64,000 nucleotides of DNA from a virus. Numbering within the stretch: the stretch's first letter is position 1; each line of letters starts with the position of its first letter. The DNA is taken from IMG/VR virus record IMGVR_UViG_3300030107_002115, positions 7,481 to 71,480 of that record; one strand, given 5' to 3'. The position numbers were made by a program, and so were the translations under genes. The notes beneath the pieces are model-generated. The model had not been told where the DNA came from and searched no databases. It worked only from the letters and a program-made list of their open reading frames with translations. Shown one piece after another: positions 58,093 through 64,000 of this stretch.

Positions 58093-59443
58093 TTTTATTC
58101 TCCATTTCTTCTATTTCATAATTTTCAGCTAACGCTACAGAATGATGGTCATAAATTTTACATTTATCACCTAAAACACCTAATTCAACAATACCAGTTT
58201 TTCCATATCTGTTTTTACCAACACAAACATCAATACCATATTCACCGTTTGATGATCCAACTCCTAAGTATCTCCATTCATAATACATAAATAAGATAGT
58301 TTCAGCATCTTGTTCTATTGATCCACTATCTCTTAAATCTGATGGAATAGGACGCTTATTGGGTCTTTCTTCGCACTTTCTATTTAATTGCGATACAAGT
58401 ATAGCTGACATATTATAAGACTTACAAAGTGTCTTATATTCTTTCATTATAGCATCTGTACGTAAACGTGGGTCTTCTATATGTCTTAACGTTGCAAGAC
58501 CAATATAATCATCAATAACTACATCTGGTCTTACTTGTCTTATTGTTGCAACGGTAGATTCAAAGTCATTACTTTTATCTTTCATAATTAACTTATCTTT
58601 ACCCCAACGTTTTATTAAATTATCTTTAGATTGCTTTAAGTCCTTATCATCAATAGATGACAAAGTACCTGTAATTGCACGTGTATAAGATACTTGTTTT
58701 GATTCGGAAACTAATAATTTTTGCATCATAGATGAATTTTTCATTTCACGATTAAATACAAGAACTTTATACCCACGATCTAATAAAGACCTTACAACAT
58801 TAATTGCCATTGTACTTTTAAAATGTCCCGGTCTACCAGCAATAACTGTAATTTCACCACGTCTCATACCACCAATCATTTTATCTAATCCACTATAACC
58901 AAAACGTATAGTATTATCTTGGTTTTTCATATCTTTTATAGCCACGTCCATAGTTTTCTCTAAATTAAACTTATCATCTCCGTGTATAGATAATATATTT
59001 CCAATACTATTATGTATTTTACTTAAATAGTCTGACGTTTTTGTATTATCGCTACCAATTGTTTTTTGTATATTAATAACAATATTTTTTAAGTTTCTTA
59101 GTTCTGATTTTTCATATATATTTTTAGCATATTGACTAGCAAAACTTGGTGTTGTCATTTTATCAAAATAACCTAATATATCATATACTGGTGTACCACT
59201 TGCAGAATCTGAGTTTTTTAATTGAGATTTTATAGTTGTAATATCTACTTTTACTCCACTTTTATATAAAGTTACTATTTTATCCCAAATAACTTTGTTA
59301 AACCCATCATAAAACATATCCTTTTTTACAATGGGTAAAACTTCATCTATCTTTTTATTATCAGTAAGTACACAAGCTATTAATGCTTGTTCAGATTCTA
59401 TTGATCTAGGTTGTAACGTAGTATTATTTTGATTTTTCTGCAT
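58004..59443 (-). CDS. dnaB: Replicative DNA helicase, DnaB family (phage B)
   Basis: PRSIESEQALI, AGRPGHFKS, SQLNR, SDLRDSGSIEQDAE, KNRYG. Confidence 0.95.
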   Translation of the reverse strand: MQKNQNNTTLQPRSIESEQALIACVLTDNKKIDEVLPIVKKDMFYDGFNKVIWDKIVTLYKSGVKVDITTIKSQLKNSDSASGTPVYDILGYFDKMTTPSFASQYAKNIYEKSELRNLKNIVINIQKTIGSDNTKTSDYLSKIHNSIGNILSIHGDDKFNLEKTMDVAIKDMKNQDNTIRFGYSGLDKMIGGMRRGEITVIAGRPGHFKSTMAINVVRSLLDRGYKVLVFNREMKNSSMMQKLLVSESKQVSYTRAITGTLSSIDDKDLKQSKDNLIKRWGKDKLIMKDKSNDFESTVATIRQVRPDVVIDDYIGLATLRHIEDPRLRTDAIMKEYKTLCKSYNMSAILVSQLNRKCEERPNKRPIPSDLRDSGSIEQDAETILFMYYEWRYLGVGSSNGEYGIDVCVGKNRYGKTGIVELGVLGDKCKIYDHHSVALAENYEIEEMENKNETKQEKNGSDLGLFKGLSQDIKQQTTPI

Positions 59444-59930
59444 TATTTTCCCATTTACTATGAATTACGGCTACTTTATTTGCAAATTTTCCGTAATTAG
59501 ATTTATAAGTATCAGCTTCAACATTTATAAGCACATTTTTACCAACTATGTTTTCATTTGTAAGTTCGGGAAGTCTTTTTAAAATAACCCCGTTTCTTTC
59601 TACTTTTTCAAGTGGAATATCAAATATATCTAATATATTTTTATATATTATATTACCACGTTTACTTGTATTAACTTTAGTTGGATCGCTTCTAAATCTC
59701 CATATTCCCTTATCGGCAATTGAGCAACCTTTATTTTTACCTTTTGCTATTTCGTAAGTTGGTTTAAAAATATCAGCGTGAGTATTGTGTCTAGTTATAA
59801 CTGTATTTTTTATTACACTTTTAATAATAGCAGGGTATGTTCCATCTTCTATAATTACGTCATTATCTTCTTGGTAAAAAGCATCAGTATAAGGATCATC
59901 ACCGAAAATAGAGTCTATAAATCTACTCAT
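59424..59930 (-). CDS. SSB-like protein (phage B)
   Basis: DGTYPAII...ADIF...KGIWRF; homolog of 13535..14098. Confidence 0.65.
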   Translation of the reverse strand: MSRFIDSIFGDDPYTDAFYQEDNDVIIEDGTYPAIIKSVIKNTVITRHNTHADIFKPTYEIAKGKNKGCSIADKGIWRFRSDPTKVNTSKRGNIIYKNILDIFDIPLEKVERNGVILKRLPELTNENIVGKNVLINVEADTYKSNYGKFANKVAVIHSKWENNAEKSK

Positions 59931-60568
59931 TATTCTGTTACCAATTGTAACTTAGATTTATAATCACTTATTTTTTCTATTGAACCTTCTAAGTTACCTT
60001 CGTTTATATTTCCATTTTCTAAAGCGTGAACTACTTTTACATAAAAATCATCATCAGATGGAATACCTTTAAGCGAATTTAATACTAAAAGTTTTAATTT
60101 CTGATCTTTTTGAGGATCATTTTTCTTTTCGTATTTGGTAGATAAATCATTAACATATTTATTATCATCAAATAAACCTAAGAAAACATCAGCATTAAAA
60201 CCTAACTTACTAAGACCTTTTGTTAGGGCATCTGTTGCAACTTTCTTAAAGAAATCATCATCAACACGACCATTTACGCTATATTTAATTGCTGAATGAA
60301 TAGGTATATATTTTTTTGATTTATCATTACTTAAATACCATAACGTAGCTTGATAAACAACCATACCTTCTTGTCTCCATCTATCTATACGTTCTTCTTC
60401 AATACCCCAACCAGTTCCCATAGCACCAAATACTTCAGTTGCTTTTTGTACTTGTGATTGAGCACCTATAGCAGTAAAACCACCACGTTGATTAACTTTT
60501 TTTGTATACTTAGGATCGGTTTGAGAAACTTGATCCCATATTTTCATATTGTTATTATTTTTAGACAT
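59930..60568 (-). CDS. Rad52/Sak-superfamily annealing protein (phage B)
   Basis: TEVFG..G.GWG...KKVATDALTKGLS.LGF.ADVF. Confidence 0.65.
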   Translation of the reverse strand: MSKNNNNMKIWDQVSQTDPKYTKKVNQRGGFTAIGAQSQVQKATEVFGAMGTGWGIEEERIDRWRQEGMVVYQATLWYLSNDKSKKYIPIHSAIKYSVNGRVDDDFFKKVATDALTKGLSKLGFNADVFLGLFDDNKYVNDLSTKYEKKNDPQKDQKLKLLVLNSLKGIPSDDDFYVKVVHALENGNINEGNLEGSIEKISDYKSKLQLVTE

Positions 60569-60578
60569 TGTTCCTCCT

Positions 60579-61328
60579 TTAGAAATTGTCTTTTATACCA
60601 CCCCCACATACGTTAAAGTACTCGCAATATTTTTCATTACATTCCCATTCTTGGTTTGGTGATAATCCAAGTTGTAATGTAGGTGCTTTTTTATTTTCGA
60701 TTGATTCTGTTACTATTTTGTGAGCGTTACTCCAATACTCTTCTGCTTTATCTACACAACTTAAATCTAACTCATAATCTCTCATTTGTGAATTATCTTT
60801 ATTGTAGAACACAAGCGTAAGACCTTCTAAAAAGCCATACTTTCTTTTAAACCATAATCCATACGTTCCAAGTTGTAAACCATAATTTTTACTTACCTCT
60901 TGTGGGTTTGCATTACGTCCAAACATAAGTCTCCATCTCCACGAATTACACGTTTTTATATCGTATAAAATACCTTCTTTAACTAAAGCTAAATCAATAA
61001 ATCCACGAACATTTAAATCTTCTAAAAACAATTCGTTTTCTATTAATATAGGTAATCCGTTTTGATGTGCATATTTAGTAACTGCTTTTTGTATATCTGT
61101 ATGTACTAATTCGCCTAAACGAAATAATCTATACGTATTAGAGTCTCTACTAGCTTTTTCGCCAAGGTTTAAAGAACCGTAATAATGTTTTCTTATACAC
61201 ATACCACTCAATGATGAGTGATACCAATTTTCTTTACCAAGGTAACGATTTCTTACCTTTGAATCATTACGTTCTTTAATAAAAGAGTCGTATATATCTC
61301 TTACTATACTATCTTTTTTAATTGGCAT
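60579..61328 (-). CDS. Cas4-like PD-(D/E)XK exonuclease (phage B)
   Basis: C.RK.YY, G..VH, GFID, YDIKT, QLGTY, WEC...YC...VC. Confidence 0.85.
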   Translation of the reverse strand: MPIKKDSIVRDIYDSFIKERNDSKVRNRYLGKENWYHSSLSGMCIRKHYYGSLNLGEKASRDSNTYRLFRLGELVHTDIQKAVTKYAHQNGLPILIENELFLEDLNVRGFIDLALVKEGILYDIKTCNSWRWRLMFGRNANPQEVSKNYGLQLGTYGLWFKRKYGFLEGLTLVFYNKDNSQMRDYELDLSCVDKAEEYWSNAHKIVTESIENKKAPTLQLGLSPNQEWECNEKYCEYFNVCGGGIKDNF

Positions 61329-61509
61329 TGTTTTCTTCTATGCCTAATGATTTATTATAATATTGGTTTAGATACTTTTCTATTATCTGATTCAATTTTT
61401 CTTGAACAGGTAATCCATCAATAGCTGCAAGTATCTTTAACTTTTTCCAATTTTGTCCATTAGCCTTAAAAGATGTTACAATATTTTTTGTTTTTTCTAT
61501 TTCTACCAT
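61318..61509 (-). CDS. Ribbon-helix-helix DNA-binding protein
   Basis: TSFK strand then WKKLKILAA and LNQIIEKYL helices. Confidence 0.65.
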   Translation of the reverse strand: MVEIEKTKNIVTSFKANGQNWKKLKILAAIDGLPVQEKLNQIIEKYLNQYYNKSLGIEENNAN

Positions 61510-61636
61510 TATATTACGTTCCTTTTTATTTGTTATAATATAACGTACTTGTTATTATTGTTTTACTTGTTTACTATTATAATTATAATGTACGTTATAT
61601 ATATATTAATTAAATAATACACTCATATTGTACTAG

Positions 61637-61665
61637 AATATACTAAAAAAAATTTGTAGTCTCAA
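61637..61665 (-). promoter_or_regulatory. Sigma70-type promoter of phage B replication operon
   Basis: TTGAGA-17-TATATT. Confidence 0.55.
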
Positions 61666-61702
61666 GTACTTTTTTAACTTTATTTAATAAAATACTACTA
61701 TA

Positions 61703-62170
61703 CTAAAATATATTATCGAGTCTTGATTTACTTTTATTCCCTTCACCTTCAAATACGTTAGGATTGTGATAGTCAATAATTATATTATCTTCTATAGTAT
61801 CATATTCATAACTAATAACGCCAGAAAGTAATGTTTTCTTATCTTTTACGTTATTTTTGTATTGATATTGAAATATAAGACAATCTTGTTTTTCTTTTAT
61901 AAGTTTGTCTTTTTTATATTTAGTTATCCAAGCGTCATTTATTAAGATAAATGCTTGTGTTTTTGATTCTACTAAGTATTTAGATATTATACCATATATT
62001 AATTGTTTATCTTTATAGGAAAATAACTTACCTAATTCTGCTATTCTTTCAATACCTTCAGAATCGTAAGTAAAAATAGTAGGTACGTGAAATTTTGCTG
62101 AACTTAATATATTTTGTGCAATTGGAATAACTTTATTTTTTAAGTTATATTCAAATGTTCTTTTTTCCAT
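61703..62170 (-). CDS. Hypothetical protein
   Basis: AGGAGG RBS. Confidence 0.6.
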   Translation of the reverse strand: MEKRTFEYNLKNKVIPIAQNILSSAKFHVPTIFTYDSEGIERIAELGKLFSYKDKQLIYGIISKYLVESKTQAFILINDAWITKYKKDKLIKEKQDCLIFQYQYKNNVKDKKTLLSGVISYEYDTIEDNIIIDYHNPNVFEGEGNKSKSRLDNIF

Positions 62171-62179
62171 AGTTTCCTC

Positions 62180-62668
62180 CTAGGCTTGAGCCATATTTGT
62201 TTGTTTTATCATATTATTAATTACTTCATTAGTTTCCTTGATTTGTTTATCTAAAGAATTGTATACTTTGCCCCCAGTTATTCTAGGTTCTATAGTTAAT
62301 TCAGATGTATCAGCATTACTTATTTTTTCTTTAGTCCATTCTTTAAACATCTTTACCTCATCTTTAAATCTATCAATAACCTCTTTATTTTTTTCATCAC
62401 CCGAAAGTACCCTATACAACGTATGCGATCTTATATGTAACGCAGCTATTTGTTTTGCAAACTTTTTTAATGGTATTTCTTTTGATTTATTTAACATATT
62501 TTTTATATTAGGTCTTTTTTCTAAGTAATTATATACCTTTTTTATAAACTTATCTGAACTAAGTTTATTACTTTTACAATTAGATAATATAGTATCTATA
62601 TCTTCTTGAAGATTTGTTATATCTTCTTTATCAATTGGGTTAAAACTGCATTTTTCTTTTAAATTCAT
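62180..62668 (-). CDS. Hypothetical protein
   Basis: AAGGAG RBS. Confidence 0.6.
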   Translation of the reverse strand: MNLKEKCSFNPIDKEDITNLQEDIDTILSNCKSNKLSSDKFIKKVYNYLEKRPNIKNMLNKSKEIPLKKFAKQIAALHIRSHTLYRVLSGDEKNKEVIDRFKDEVKMFKEWTKEKISNADTSELTIEPRITGGKVYNSLDKQIKETNEVINNMIKQTNMAQA

Positions 62669-62937
62669 TTTTCACTCCTTTTATTCAACCACTCTTTAAA
62701 CATAAAAAGTAGTAATGACATTATAAACAAAGCTACGCTATAACAAAGTATAGATATAGCTATTAATAATAAATTAACTATCCAATTTGCTACATTTAAT
62801 ATTATCATTTTAATACCCCTATACCTAAATTTGTATTTATTTCAATATACTTATTAATATTATCTTTATTAATAAATTCCCAATTAGTGTGACCATAATG
62901 ATCTAAACACCAATCATCTATGTATTCTGTTATGTCT

Positions 62938-63264
62938 TTACTCATTTAACGCTCCTTTTTCTTTTTCTTTTATGTGTATTATTTTAGCAGATAGATACAC
63001 AGCTAAGTCTAACGCTTCTTCTAATGCTTCATCTAACCAATCACGTCCATCATTAACCATTATTTGACTTCCATATTCACGCTTACCTATCTCTAATCTT
63101 TTTTGTATCATTTTTATAATTCTTTTATTAGCACCTTTTTCTTTTGCTTTATTATTGTCAAAAGCACATTTCGTACATAAACGTTCTTTTGTTTTGTAAT
63201 TTGTGATAGTGCTACTACGTCCACATTTACATTTAGGTTTTATCTTAGGCTTTTCAATACTCAT
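62938..63264 (-). CDS. MazG-like all-alpha NTP pyrophosphatase with N-terminal Zn finger
   Basis: RLEIGKREYG...DWLDEALEEALDLAVYL. Confidence 0.65.
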   Translation of the reverse strand: MSIEKPKIKPKCKCGRSSTITNYKTKERLCTKCAFDNNKAKEKGANKRIIKMIQKRLEIGKREYGSQIMVNDGRDWLDEALEEALDLAVYLSAKIIHIKEKEKGALNE

Positions 63265-63454
63265 TATTTACGTTCCTCATTTTTATATTAATACATCTTT
63301 CACAAGTTATTCTGTCTAATCCATACGTAGGCATATTACTATAGTGTATCTCTTTTTTCTTATAGTATGAATCTTTTTCATATACTTTTTTACATTTTAA
63401 ACAATATTTTAATCTTCTTGCTTCTTTTTTATGTTGGTTTTTATTAGTTATCAT
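63254..63454 (-). CDS. Zn-binding hypothetical protein
   Basis: LKYCLKCKKVYE...MPTYG...CERC. Confidence 0.55.
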   Translation of the reverse strand: MITNKNQHKKEARRLKYCLKCKKVYEKDSYYKKKEIHYSNMPTYGLDRITCERCINIKMRNVNNEY

Positions 63455-63482
63455 TATTTAATCCTTTTTAAAATTTTAATGT

Positions 63483-63857
63483 TAAGGTAAGCGTAACGAT
63501 CCGGCTTTAACACACAGACGGTTTTATTTCTGTTGGCTTCACGCTACGCTATCTATCCTTAATTGACTCAATTTAGCCCCTAGAAACGCAACTGTTTCTT
63601 AACCGTGTGTGTTTATAGTATAACAAGCCCATCGTCATAGGACTTACTGCCCAGCATTTTTGTAATACCTACTTTGGACATAGTCCTTATTCAGTAATTA
63701 CTCATCGGTGATTGAGTCAAAATTATTAGGGTAATTATCTTTTATACCAAAAATCACTTATTTTTACAAACATACTTTTGATAATGTTTTATGTGTTCCA
63801 CATTATCAGTTTATGGTTTATTTTATTTTTGATTTAAAAAGGTTTAATTACCCTAAT
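63483..63857 (-). ncRNA. Candidate large structured non-coding RNA with pseudoknots
   Basis: ORF-free, locally GC-richer, at least six complementary segment pairs, two sets of them crossing. Confidence 0.55.
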
Positions 63858-64000
63858 TTTTATTGTTTAGCTTCCATCACTAAACGTCATTATTAGATCA
63901 GGTGATCCGTATTCTTTTTTCCTATAATCAAGTACATTTTGTTTGAATGTTTTTGAATTATCAAATATTAAATCTACGTCAGTATTTTTTTCATCTTTAT

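Noticed and set aside
63685-63710. Hammerhead ribozyme core (CCGAUGAG...UGAAU on minus strand)
   Set aside because: Deviates from CUGANGA and GAAA, and stems I/III could not be built convincingly
1-64000. Stop-codon reassignment
   Set aside because: Standard code gives dense, full-length, coupled ORFs; TAA, TAG and TGA all end genes
1-64000. tRNA, rRNA, integrase or att sites
   Set aside because: No cloverleaf or T-loop signature in intergenic gaps, no recombinase motifs, no host genes flanking

Overview
AT-rich tailed-phage DNA with podovirus-like gene order (TerS/TerL, P22-like portal, scaffold, major capsid, adaptor, fibre with S74 chaperone, M15 endolysin, nozzle-like protein, ejection-protein cluster). 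The window is about 1.37 genome units long but does not repeat itself. Nt 1-420 align without indels to 46806-47225 (about 75% aa identity by hand count), and the ejection and replication modules then recur in a highly diverged second version. GATC is essentially absent before ~42.9 kb and common after ~44.7 kb. The best reading is phage A (1 to ~43 kb, nearly complete) joined near the lysis cassette to a related phage B (~43-64 kb). Most notable contents: an early module of two Cys-rich COOH-NH2 amidoligases plus a class II glutamine amidotransferase, with a gamma-glutamylcyclotransferase-like gene placed in the packaging operon; a candidate virion-delivered ADP-ribosyltransferase; ejection proteins punctuated by nine [YFM]xxGG motifs; a 20-bp palindromic repeat array in the central control region; a probable ATT start codon for the portal; and a highly structured, pseudoknotted candidate ncRNA at ~63.5-63.9 kb. 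All calls come from reading motifs by eye; no database searches were run.
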